Origin: Amoebidium appalachense
Taxonomy: Eukaryota; Protista; Ichthyosporea
Length of the DNA stretch: 64,000 nucleotides
Assembly: GCA_963693365.1 (NCBI GenBank)
Contig: CAVNZM010000009.1
Span: 3,412,231-3,476,230, forward strand
Direction: 5' to 3'
Every line of letters starts with the position of its first letter. Within the stretch, counting starts at the first letter, position 1. This document shows positions 44,410 through 57,350 of the stretch, piece by piece. The translations under genes and the position numbers were made by a program. The notes under the pieces were generated by a model. That model did no database searches, was not told the DNA's origin, and saw only the letters and a list, made by a program, of their open reading frames with translations.

Positions 44410-45760
44410 ATGGACGCTTTTACGGTTGGTATTCCTTTAGGAGCGGTGATGGGGGGCTTTTCTCTCTTCAGGTTTGCGGAAATGTTGACGGGCGACTGTG
44501 ATGTTGCACTCAGGTCTAAGTTAATCCCCAAGGTAAGCTCTGAAGTTGAAATCGATGTGCCTTCACGGACTGATGCGGTTGGAGAAGAAGGGGTTGTGCT
44601 TGGCGTCGGTGAATGTCTTTCAAAAGCCAGCGCACAGGAAAGAGAGGGAAAGGCTCTGTTGCGCGTGGTGGTGGTGGTGTGGTGGTGGTGGTGGTGGGGA
44701 GTTGAGGGGGGGGGGGGGGGGAGTGCAAGGACAAACACCTTGAATACTATGTGGTGATTTTCTTGATTCTTGATATGGGAAAGTGGGGCTGAAGGAGGGG
44801 GGTTTGGTTGTTTTTTCGACCTTTTTCTCGTTTGTATATGTGCAGTACATACCGCATGCTTGTAGATGGGTCATTTTCTTCCTACTTGTGCAGCCACAGA
44901 AGCAAAGGATGTGGGGGGGGGGGGGAGGGTCTTATTCGGTCATTGTTTGTACTTCCTTTGTTTTATATAATGACTTCGTTGATATTCTCTTCTTGTACTT
45001 GCATTTTTTTTCCTCCCCCCTCTCCACCCCTTCCCCCCTTCCCCCCTCCTGTCACATACTCTGCCTGTTCTTTTCTGCATACTTCGAACATTATTCATTG
45101 TGAGGTTGTTCTTCTATTCTGTATACCCTAACCTCCCCCCCCCCCCCCCCCCCCCTCCCCTCTCCCCCTCCCCCCCATACGGTGAATTTGACCTGGTTAT
45201 GTGTAACACATTCTAACACCCCCACCCCCAACACCCTCCCCACCCCTCCACCCTCCCCTCCGCCTGTGCAAGGTTAAGGGATCGAAACTCAGTTTATTGA
45301 CTTTGGCCCTTCCTGAGGATGGGCCCTGCTTATGCTGCATACTTGCTTACCGTGTAGATGTTGCACATATGAATGTTTGCCTTTGCATGTGTCCTACGCC
45401 GTGGGTCCCATCGTGCAGTAATCTAGAACCCTCATTGTATTCCAAATCTAGAATCTCCTTTGGCGTATCTCACCCCCATATTTTTTATTTTTTTTTTGTG
45501 CAGGATTGGTACCAGGGAAATGTTGTATGGGTGACTGGGGCCAGTTCGGGCATAGGCTGGGCATTGGCTCTGCAACTCAACGCCATGGGGGCTAAGGTCA
45601 TCATGTCGGCACGCAGAAAGGTATTGGTGGGTGGGGTTAGGTGAAGGCAGCGAAAAGTAGGGGCTGCTTCCTTTTTTTTTTTTTTTTTTTGCCCTTTTCT
45701 TTTTTCCTTTCTTTATTTCTTTTTTTCTTTTCTTTTTTGGTTGTGCGTGTGTGTGCGTGC

Positions 45761-45843
<83 letters not shown>

Positions 45844-46239
45844 CGCGCGCGCGTGTGCGCGTGTGTGTGTGTGGGCGGGGGGGGGGGGGGGGGGGGTTGG
45901 TTTGCCAGGTACCCTTTGAAAGACGGTTGGTCTTTTTTGGGGGGGAGGGGGAGGGGGGGGGGAGGGTTGCATTTCGGTTCTTCTCGTTAAGGGAATGGGG
46001 GTGTGGATGAGTTTAATGCACGATTTCTTTACCCATAATGAGGGAGCAGAAGGGAAAGGAATTTTAGAAGGGTTTGTGACCCCCCATTTTCAAGATATTT
46101 GCACAAACTTAAATGTGAACACAGCCTCTAACCCTCAGTTCCTCTCTTTCTCGTGCACACTTCAACACTCACACACAGATGCGTGCAAGGACACAGGCTC
46201 ACGAATGTCTATGCACACCCCAACGAAACACCCCCCCCC

Positions 46240-46270
<31 letters not shown>

Positions 46271-46274
46271 AAAG

Positions 46275-46339
<65 letters not shown>

Positions 46340-46342
46340 GAT

Positions 46343-46374
<32 letters not shown>

Positions 46375-46393
46375 ACACACACACACAGACACA

Positions 46394-46458
<65 letters not shown>

Positions 46459-47001
46459 ACAGGCCAAGCTAGAGGAAGTGCAAAGTGAGATGACTGGGTC
46501 AAAGGGACCTGGCCAACTGTATATTCTCCCCTTTGACGCAGAGGAGACAGACAAGCCACCTGAAGTGGCAAAGGTGCGTGCAATATGTCTCTCTCTCCCC
46601 TCCCCCCCCCCTCCCCCCCCCCCCCCCCCCCCCCACGAACACGCATGCATCATGGATGTACGCACACACACAGAGAGAGAGACAGACAGATGCTCAGACA
46701 CGTGTGCACATGCATGCACAAGCCCGCACATGAAGACACACATGTACGCACACACACGCACACACACACAGAGAGACACACACACACATGCACAGACACA
46801 TGTACACAAGAACGGATAAACATACATGAAGACACGCACACATGCACACACAACCACACGCACAAGCACACATGCACACTGTAGCTCACATGTACACATG
46901 TACTCGAGCATACAGACACCATCCCAGCCAGGAAAACCATCGTTACGGTAGGGCCCAATAGTGTCCTCGTTCGACTCAGTTATAGCTTATGCTGTCGTTT
47001 G

Positions 47002-47066
<65 letters not shown>

Positions 47067-49130
47067 GTGTGTTTGTTTTTGTGTATCACTCACACACACA
47101 CACACTCCTTTCTCTCTCTCTCTCTTCCCCCCCCCCCCCCCCCCCCCAGTGAAACAGTATCTGAGTTGGGTTTCGTTAACGAGGGGAATAGGTCGAAACT
47201 CGGGTACTGTGGATGACGTGGGCCCCCCCTGAGGATGGGCTCTGCTTATTATGCATACTCTTTATGTATGGCTTGCATTCTGCATCGTGCTATCCGTTTG
47301 TTCTTGTGTACTTCGTACTTTTTGACGCATTCAAACCCCCCCCCCCCCCCCCCCCCTCTCTCTCTCTCTCTCTCCCCCCCCCCCTCCCCTCTCCCCCTCC
47401 CCTATATCCCAAAGAATTGGGGAGGGAGAGCTCGAGAGGGGGGGGGGGGGGGGGGGGGGGGAGGGGGGGGGGGGGGGGAGAGAAACCAGGGGGAAAACTC
47501 ACCCACAACTGCACACAAACACATAGCTTACTCCCGTCACGCTCGTGTGTCCCCACTCGTGTGTCATTCAGGTTTTTCGTAGAGCATGCCCGGGTACACG
47601 TGCTTTCCAAAAAACCAAGCCACAAAGAACCGAAATCACGCATCCCAGTTAACACCATTTTTCGCTTTGCAGGCAGCCACCCGTGCGTTTGGGCGGGTGG
47701 ACGTGTTGATTAACAATGCGGGGGTGAGTACGTGGGCACTGTGCAAGGAGACGAGTCTGGAAGTAGACTACAAGGTATGGCACAACACAAACACACACAC
47801 ACGTGCACAGATGTGAACATTCACATAGATGTGCACACACGCGTGCACACGCGCGCATACAAACACACAAACACACACATACAAACACACACACACACAC
47901 ACTGTGCGCACGCACAAACTAAAACGCGCGCGCGCAGACACACGCACACGCACACGCACATACACACACACACGCGCGCTCGGATGAGCAGCACATTGCA
48001 CTCAGACACACACGTTCACACACACACTCAGCAACACACACACACACACACCCTCCCTCTCCCTCCCTCTCTTTCTCTCTCTCCCACCCACCCACCCTCC
48101 CCTCCTCTTCCTCCTCCCCCTCACTCTTACGCATACCGTCTCCCCCGCCTATCCTCTGACCCATCCGATTACACTTCCCAGGTCAACCGTGTGAACTACC
48201 TGTGCCCGGTGGTTCTAGCAAAATCTTTGCTCCCAGACATGTGCGCACGTGGCAGCGGCACCATTGTTAACGTCAGGTATATCACCTGCCCATATCTGCT
48301 TTTTTTTTTTAAATGGAAAAAATGAGATATGCCCTTATATAAAATATTTAAAGTTGTCGCAACCCCCATTCCTGCCTGCAGTAATTGACGTGCTTACACT
48401 TTCGAATCCCCCCACCCTTGACCCATCCACACACCCCCTACCCAGCCATACATCCGATTGACACTTGAAATCCGAACCAATTGCTGTGTCCGCCATCTTG
48501 ACACATCCCCCCACCCCCCTCCCCCTCCCCTTCACCCCTCCGCACCTCCTCCCCCTTTCCCCCTCGCTATCCTATCCCCCCCCCCCCCCCCCCCCCCCCC
48601 CCTCCCCCCCCCCCGGGGGCCCTCCCCGGGATTTGACAAATGCTATCCCACTTCACATCTATCGTTTTTAAAGGGCTTGGGGTCGTTTCGGTTTGGCTGT
48701 GTGAAGTCAACACCCCGTCAATTAGACATCATACATTAAGCGCAACAACAATCGGTTTTTGCCTTCACTATGATGCACTCTCCTTTTTAGGCATACGGAG
48801 AAGGAGAATTGCCACCAAAGGGAATCCTTGATGAATGCCTACGGGCCCACGCACATTCCTCAGCAAGGCATACGAGGGAGCCCCTACGTAGCCGTTAACA
48901 CGTTGTTGCCTTACATACATCACCATAAAAGGGAATTTTCGACAAACACCTACATGTTCGTTAACATTCTATAACCACACAGCTCTTTTCTGGGCAAGAC
49001 GTGGGTAGAGTTTCGGTCAGCATACTGCGGGGCCAAGGCTGGGTTGCTGAACTTTATGAATGCGGTGAGGGTGGAGGTGGAGTTGGATGGTAGGGCACAT
49101 GTAGCCCCCTGTGTGTGTGTGTGCGTGTGT

Positions 49131-49192
<62 letters not shown>

Positions 49193-49218
49193 TGGGCGGG
49201 TAGGTGGATGGTGTTTGT

Positions 49219-49253
<35 letters not shown>

Positions 49254-49297
49254 GGGGGGGGGGGATGTGAGTGGGTGGGTGGGTGGGGTGTGCGTGG

Positions 49298-49360
<63 letters not shown>

Positions 49361-49744
49361 ATCAATCTCTGACCTTCTTTTTTCTCCATCTTTCTTTCTC
49401 TCTCACCGTTGCCTCGTTTCTCTCTCCCTGTTTCACTTTCATAATCTCTCTCCCTCCCACTCACCTTTTTTTACCTTTCCTCCCATCCCCCCCCCCCCCC
49501 CCCCCCCCCCCCAAAATCTCCCCTCCCCCTTCCCCTGCGCCTCCCCCTCTGCCCGCCCCCTGTCTCTCCTCCCCCTTTGCCCCTCAAACAATTCTATGTA
49601 GATGGTGCTATGTTCAAACCAATGACGGAGTATGCATATGACAGCCTCAAAGCCGTGTCTATAATGACGCGCGCACGCACACACGCGCGCGTGCGCGCGG
49701 GGAAAAAACAAAACCGTAATTAGAGAACCCACACACAACCCCCC

Positions 49745-49780
<36 letters not shown>

Positions 49781-50198
49781 CCCCCCCTCCCCCCAAATTA
49801 ACACATACACACACCTTTTTCTTTTGCAGGGTTAACAATTACCACGGTGTGCCCTGGCCCCGTAGCCACCGATGTCGACAGCAAGTCTCTGGATGGCAGC
49901 GGTAGATTGGCCGAGAGACACGACCCCATGATTAGAGGGGGTATTAGTGCTGAAAGGTGGGTGGGTGTATGCGGATGTAGGGGTGGCTGAGGGGGGGGGG
50001 GGGGGGGGGTTGTATGGATGGGTGGCTGGGTGGTGGGGATTGGTGTGTGTGTGTGGGGGGGGGGGGGGGGGGGGGGAGGGGGGGGAGGGCGGAGTTGGGT
50101 GGGTGGGCATGAGTGTGGGGGTACGGGTGGGGGGGTGCGTGAATTTGTCTGTGCAATGTTGTGGGTGTGTGGGTATGGTTGTGTCTGTGTGTGTGTGT

Positions 50199-50241
<43 letters not shown>

Positions 50242-51261
50242 AGGGGGGGGGGGGGGGGACGTGAGTATGGTTTAGTGTGTGTTTCTTGTGGACGTGCTTC
50301 CTCCTCCCAGTTCCAGCTCATGACTTTTTGGGCTCTCTCTCTCTCTTCTCCCCCCCCCCCCCCCCCCCCCCCCCTCCCCCCCTCTCCCCCTCCCCTCTCC
50401 CCCCTCCCCTTGGGGCCCCTCCTTTTCCATGCTTTGCCTGCTAGTGTTAGGTTTCTTTTTCTCCCTCTATCTTTTTGGGGGCGGGCATATCTGCGTTGAG
50501 TAACCGTGGTCAATTTGTACTCATACTCCCAACAAACGTTGTCGGCTCCCCCAAACCCCCCCCCCCACACACCACGTGCACCACGCCGCTACCACCACCA
50601 CCATCACCGCCCCGCTTGCCCTCCCCTATCCCTACCCCTACTCCCCCGGCCCCTCCCCCAACACAACCACCACCACCACCACCACCATCCCACCCCACCC
50701 CAGTCCCCCCCCCTCCCCCCTCTATCCCCCGCCCCCTCTCCCCCCTCCCCCTAACGCCCGCGCATTCCCTTACCCTCCCCCACCCTCCACACACACACAA
50801 ACACACATCACACACACACACACACGTTTCTTGTTTTTTTACACATCAGCACGCACACACATGAAACACTTACTTCCAGCAGTCCCCACCACTCCCTTTA
50901 CTCGTGCACGTGCTGCCCCCCCCCCCCCCTCCCCCCCCCCCCCCCCCCGTTTGTTCTTGTGTGCTTCGTACTTTTTGACGCATTCAACCCCCCCCCCCCC
51001 CCCCCCCCCCCCCCGCCCATGCAGATGTGCGCACCTTATACTAGTGGCTGCATCCAACCACGTTGATGAGTGCTGGATAGCGAAGAGCCCATACCTGCTA
51101 TTGATGTACCTGTGCCAGCACAGGCCAAACTTGTACAAGTACGTAGCAACCCCAACTAAAACATATACACACACGCGAATGTGCGCATGCACGCACACAC
51201 AGGCACACACGCGCACACGCACGCGCACACACACGCTCACTCAAAGCCTCGCGTACTTCTT

Positions 51262-51326
<65 letters not shown>

Positions 51327-51919
51327 CGCCAATATATGATCTACTCATGGATGCATAGTCGTTTGGTATGCTCCTTTATGCTCTTTTTCTGCCAAAACTG
51401 CATGGTGTTGTCCGTGATTATGTATTTTCAACTCCGTACTGCATTCCTGCATCCTCCCCCCCCCCCCCCCCCCCTCCCTCCCTCCCTCCCTCCCTCCCTC
51501 CCCCTCTTACTCCCTCCCTTCCCCCCTCCCCCCCCCCCCTCCCTCCCTCCCTCCCTCCCTCCCTCCCTCTCTCCCTCAATCCCTCCCTCCCTCCCTCCCT
51601 CCCCCCCCTCCCTCCCTCCCTCCCTCCCTCCCTCCCTCCCTCCCTCCGTCTCCGTGTGTGTGTGTGGTGGCCGTGGTGGTGGTGGTGGTGGTGCCGGGGT
51701 GTGTGTGTGTGTGTGTGTGTGTGTGGGAGGGGGAGGGGAGGGGGGGGGGGGGGGGGGGGGTTGTCAGATTTTCGTTTTTAGTTTCCTCCTGTTTTTTTTT
51801 TTTGTTTTTTTTGCCTTTCTGTTCGTTGACAAGCATGCCAACTACATATTTCTCGGTGCAGTTTCATGTTAAAAAGGACATCAAGACGGAAGCAGGAGGA
51901 ATATCTCAAGGGCCGTTGA
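44410..51919 (+). CDS. Short-chain dehydrogenase/reductase, DHRS7/DHRS7B-like, 9 exons
   Basis: Exons 44410-44532, 45504-45620, 46463-46573, 47673-47774, 48182-48276, 48983-49089, 49830-49956, 51025-51138, 51862-51919. Motifs VWVTGASSGIG, DVLINNAG, IVNVSS, catalytic YCGAK, VCPGPVAT. N-terminal hydrophobic segment. Confidence 0.9.
45268..45397 (+). repeat. Diverged subfamily B copy
   Basis: TCGAAACTCAG..CCTGAGGATGGGCCCTGCTTATG..GAATGTTTGCCTTTGCATGTGTCCT, in SDR intron 1. Confidence 0.75.
47148..47337 (+). repeat. Poly(C)-ended structured repeat, subfamily A
   Basis: Reverse complement of the 61408 copy, with poly-C on both sides, in SDR intron 3. A further 3'-terminal fragment lies at 50949-50988, also between C runs. 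Confidence 0.9.
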
Positions 51920-52203
51920 TCAAACTCAGCCTGGTGCTTGCAAATTAAATTAGCAAATTAAAATTGCACGGATGCCCATGTGCACATGCAGGCGCCCGCA
52001 GTCTTCGTGTTTTTAGAAGACTCTCAATTCTCCTTTGGTCCCTCCTTTTTTTCTTTTTCTTTAGTGGTGCAGACGTACGTGGTGAGAGTGGTGCGTGGGT
52101 GACGCTGGTGGATGGTTTTCACACCATGGTTGGTGGTGGTGGTGGTGGTGTGTGTGTGTGTGTTGGGTGTGTGTGTGGGGGGGGGGGGGGGGGGGGGGGG
52201 GGG

Positions 52204-52478
52204 TTTGAATGCGGAACACAGTACAAAGTACGCATACACGATGAGAAGCATGGTGCAGGACACATGCAAAGGCAAACATTCAAGTATGCAACATCAGCCA
52301 TGCGCACAGTATGCGTCATAAGCAGAGCCCATCCTCAGGGAGGGCCCAAGTCATCAATTGCGTCTGAGTTTCGACCCCTTAGCCCGCGTATATACGACGC
52401 TCCAACTCAAACAGCAGCATCAACTGAACTTGGGTGGGTCAACCCGTCTTGATCAAAGACGAGCAGGGTTGCTTATGC
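52204..52478 (-). repeat. Poly(C)-ended structured repeat, subfamily B, longest copy
   Basis: Includes the core GAGTTTCGACC...GGGTCAACCCGTCTTGATCAAAGACGAGCAGGGTTGCTTATG. Confidence 0.9.
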
Positions 52479-53363
52479 AAGCAAGGTGAGCAGAACGGTG
52501 AAGATGTGTGTGCAAACTAATGCAGTGCAGCGAAAAACGCGTATGTGCTTACAGATGCACGACACAGAGCAACCATGCCCGGTTGCATGGAAGTAAAGAT
52601 GTCTCCACACAGTGGTCTGTCCTGGGGGGGGGGGTGAATGCTAAAGTACGAAGTACACATAGACAACGGACTGCACGATGCAGAGGACCTACTGATAATG
52701 GTAATGCACGTTCTTGCACGGACAGCTCGTATAAAATGAATGTAACACGGTCCATACCAACTGTACAGAAAAACATTTTGCACAAAATTGTGTGAACTCG
52801 GCGGGACCGGGGGGAGCAATTATTTGTCAAGTATACAGAGTTCATATTTTAGTAATTATTTTATTACCAAAAGGGTCCGACATGTGCGCATGCCGCAGTC
52901 ATGTACATCGGTAAATCCAATATCTCTTCATACATTTGCAATCATATCTCTATGTACACATGTTTTAGTTCAGCCCCAAAGCAATATATCTGCTTTTGCC
53001 TGTAAGGAGAGAACTGAATATCCAATATTTCCACTCAGGCTACTCTAAAGACTAAATCCGTATATCTAAAGCTAAGATCAGCCAAGAGTAAAGTTCACAA
53101 AATGCGTTTCACAAAAAACTACCTTCTGATCAACTACATATATCTTTAAAAATTCTCTCCGCCTGATTTATTATATCCAATCCCATGCCTGCTCCTTTCT
53201 CCAGTGCTGTGCACGAGGTGCAAAATACTCAATAAAATGCATATCTTAAAAAATTTCGATGCTCGTGAAATATCTAATTAGGTAGAGATAAAAACCTCAT
53301 CCCCTGCTTCCACAGCACATATTACCAACAGGCAAAATCATAAACCCCGCAAGTCACCAAATT

Positions 53364-53911
53364 TCACAATTTGCTTGCGGCTGCCGCATCCAAAAACCAC
53401 AGTGTTGCCTCATCCCCACCCGCCGCTTGCACCATTCCAGACGGATAATTTTCCGAATTTCCCCCGTTGAAAATGTTCTCAACGGGGTCCGCTTTTGACT
53501 CTCCGGTAGTAACAAACGCGACATTTTTCGAGTTGTTGACAACCGGGAAGGTGAGGGTCACGCGTTTGGGTGGGGGCTTGGGTGAGTCCTCGATCGGTGC
53601 TACCCACCGAGTGTTTTCCTGCATTGAATTTTGGGATTTGGGGGTTTAATTAGAATATGTCTCAGAGTACAAACTACTCATTCACGATCAACAACACCAT
53701 GCCGCAGTTTCAGATAATCCTAACAGCATGAATCACAAGTTGTGTGCGTGTGTGTTCAGTGGGTTGGTGGTTTGGGGGGGTTTGTGTGTTGTGTGTAGGG
53801 GGGAGGGGGGGGGGGGGGGGGGGGGGGATTTAGGCGGATCCCAGACATAATACCAAAACCATACTGCCAGACATGCAGAAACACCTGACACCTTTCCCAA
53901 CCAACCAACCA

Positions 53912-53961
<50 letters not shown>

Positions 53962-54104
53962 ACTTTACCAAAAAACTATCCCGGAAACGTGAGGCTCCCA
54001 CTGCCACTATGGGACACAGGTGCTAATCGTCTCCGAATTTCATCTTGCAGGGTCTTGTACCCGGTCATGCGTGCAAAATGGCATGCCCGGAAAGATTATC
54101 CTGC

Positions 54105-54135
<31 letters not shown>

Positions 54136-54585
54136 ACCCCGCCACACATACATACACACACAGACGCACACCCACACACACACACACACACCCTCACCCT
54201 CCCTTTTGCGCGCCCAAAACACACACGCACACACACACAGACACGCGCGCATGCACCACAACCCCTTTCCTCCCCCTATCTCCCTCCCTCTCCTCCCCCC
54301 CCCCACCCCTCCCTCCCCCTACAAACATATACTCATATACTCTCATTCTTTTCTTGTTCCCCTTTCTTCCATTTCTTCCAAATCCTTCTGTCCCAGAAAA
54401 AGTGTCTGGAAAGGTATCATAAGTACATATTGCATACCTTGAGTAGTGGGTGGCCAGGGAATAGTGAGCACGTGTGACCGTCTGGGCCCATGCCTAGCAG
54501 TATCAGATCAAACGACGGAAGGTCGTGGCCAAAAAGGGAGGCTAGCTGTCTTTGGTACTCATGCGCACAGTCCTGTTGGTGTTTC

Positions 54586-54625
<40 letters not shown>

Positions 54626-54729
54626 GAGGGATCAGGCGCGGGGGGGGGGGGGGGGGGGGGGGTTAGAATAAGTTATTGAGCACGAAATACACAACCAAAA
54701 CAGACAATGCAGAGTGCAAACCACACAAC

Positions 54730-54801
<72 letters not shown>

Positions 54802-56238
54802 AAATGGGTGGGTGGGTGGGTTGGGTTGGGGTGGGGGGGGGGGGGGGGGGGGGGGGGGGCTAGAATAAGTGACAAGAGTACACACGAAGGACAACATAAC
54901 GGAGATTGAAAAATGACACAGGGGTATGCATCATAAGCGGGGGCGGGGGGGGGGGGGGGGGGGGGGGGGGGCAGCGTACAGAATACAAATTCATGACGGA
55001 CAACACAATGCAGCTTTGCTTATACAAACACATGCAACATGTACACATCACAACTAGAGCCCGTTTTTAAGAATAGGGCTAGGTGGTGGTGGTTCCGGGG
55101 CGGGCGGGCAAGGGGGGAGGAGAGAGAGCCGGGGGGGGGGGGGGGAGGGGGGGGGGATGGGTTACATACGTCTGTTGTACCCTCGAATTTGATTGGGTAG
55201 ACATGGCCCACATTAACCTTATTTAGCAATTCCTTCTTGACCTCCAGATAGTTGCTGTCGGCGTCATCAAGGGCTACAAACCGCTCATCGGCAAAGAACA
55301 CGTGCCACTTGCTCCAATCTACTTTCTGCAAAGCGAGGGGGAAGGGGGGGGGAGGGGGGGTTTTGTCAACCAGTACACATTCATGGCGCACAACACGATG
55401 CAGAGTGCAAACTACACAAAGAGTATGCATTATAAGCAGACGAGCGAGGTAAATAGAGTACTTGAAATCTCCCCAGGCTTTTCAAGCAACAGCCCACACG
55501 CTGCTGGCTGCCACTTAGAACAGCAGGGACCTCTGTGGCACAGCAGCTTGGGCTGGCCCACCACACAGAGGCAGGCAGCTTCAAAAGCGTTGCTAAAGAA
55601 CATGAAGGACACACAGAGAGAGAGAGTGTGTGTGTGTGTGTGTGAGTGATGTGAGGATGTGTTAGGAGTACAAAGTATTATATAAGGATTCGTAGTGGAC
55701 AACACAACACATACAGGTTCAAAAGCACATGTAAAGATGATGCAACATTAGCAGATCCCTTTCTCGGGGGGGAAGGGGGGGGGGGGGGGGGGGGATGGGT
55801 GGGGGTGGGTCATCCACAGTACCCAAGTTAGCAAGTTAGAAGGGAAGCGATAGTGGGGGGTTTGAATGCGGAACACGGTACGAAGTACGCATACACGATG
55901 AGAAGCATGGTGCAGGACACATGCAAAGGCAAACATTCAAGTATGCAACATCAGCCATGCGCACAGTATGCGTCATAAGCAGAGCCCATCCTCAGGGAGG
56001 GCGATAGTGGGGGGAGGGGAAACGAGAAAAATAACACAGGAGGAGAGAGAAAAAAATTAAAAATCTCCCCAGACTTTTCAAGCAACAGGCCACACGCTGC
56101 TGGCTGCCACTTAGAACAGCAGGGACCTCTGTGGCACCGCAGCTTGGGCTGGCCCACCACACAGAGGCAGGCAGCTTCAAAAGCGGTGCTAAAGAACATG
56201 AAGGACACACAGAGAGAAATACACACACACACACACAC

Positions 56239-56313
<75 letters not shown>

Positions 56314-57200
56314 CATACACACCGGAGAGAATGACACAGCGGGAGGGAAAAGGGGGGGAGAAGGGGAGCAAGCGCAGGAGCAAAACCGACAGAGGGAGGG
56401 AGGGAAGGAGGAAGAGGGAGGAAGGATGTATAAGAGAGATAGAGAGAGAGAGAGCGCGCGTGCAAAGGGAGAAAGGAAGCATTTGGAATCTCCCGTGGCT
56501 TTTCAAGCAACAGCCCACACGCTACTGACTGCCACTTAGAAAAGCAGGGACCTCTGTGGCACCGCAGCTTGGGCTGGCCCACCACACAGAGGCAGGCAGC
56601 TTCAAAAGCGGTGCTAAAGAACTTGAAGCAGACGAGCTCGCAGACAAAATGCATGTTCGTGCCAACGTAAATGCAAGTCTAGCAAGCCAGGGAAAGTTAT
56701 CACTCTGCCCTTGGAAAAAACGTCAAGTAAAAGTTGAGACATGCACACCGAACTTACCGAAACGAACGGTTCAGTGATGAGACCCTCCGCCAGCAACTTG
56801 GGGAGAGAGCCCCCGGAAACAGCAACCGCGAACCTGCCATTCTCCTTAATAGATGCCTCTGTGTGTAAAGCAGGTGAGAATACATTTACGTGCTCTTTGG
56901 GTGCATGGGTTCTAAAAAATGCAAAGGATGAAAGGAAGCAAGAAAATAGGGAGAGGAAACACCAGAAGCGCAGTTGTAGGAAATAGGATATAACGGGAGA
57001 AGGGATAGAAATAGAAGCGTGCGAAAGCCATTAGGTCCCCTAAATAGATGTTAGAGGTGGGCAAGGTGTGAAAGGTGAGGGAGCTTCAAAGATGTCGTGA
57101 GGCGGGGGCGGATGAGAGGCGAGAAGGGGAGAGAGTGTGGTAGGAGGGGGGGGGGAGAGGGGGGGTGCAGGAGGACGGGGAGGGGGGGAAGGGGGGGGGG

Positions 57201-57240
<40 letters not shown>

Positions 57241-57350
57241 CGGGGGAGGGGGGGAAGAGAGGAAGTTTATTGCTCACCTGAAAGTTTAGCAACATAGTCT
57301 GCCAGGCCAACCGAGAGGCTGCCCGTGTCTGGGTACACGCGGTAGACCAT
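53364..57350 (-). CDS. PGLS: 6-phosphogluconolactonase, 5 exons
   Basis: Exons 57350-57278, 56858-56758, 55325-55170, 54572-54438, 53618-53364. Motifs [63 protein letters not shown]. Confidence 0.95.
55466..56622 (-). repeat. Three ~135-bp structured units in PGLS intron 2
   Basis: Copies at 55466-55600, 56062-56197 and 56487-56622 (AATCTCCC..TTTTCAAGCAACAG..GACCTCTGTGGCAC..CACAGAGGCAGGCAGCTTCAAAAGC). Confidence 0.9.
55861..56002 (-). repeat. Poly(C)-ended structured repeat, subfamily B
   Basis: Near-identical to 52204-52345, in PGLS intron 2. Decayed A-like pieces follow G runs at 54663, 54860, 55361 and 52633. Confidence 0.88.

Noticed and set aside
47160-47240. Hammerhead ribozyme (GAAAC and CTGAGGA present)
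   Set aside because: CUGANGA is not placed between stems I and II and the needed pairings are missing.
52441-52452. ACCCGTCTTGA resembling LSU rRNA
   Set aside because: Only about 11 nt match and the flanks are not rRNA-like.
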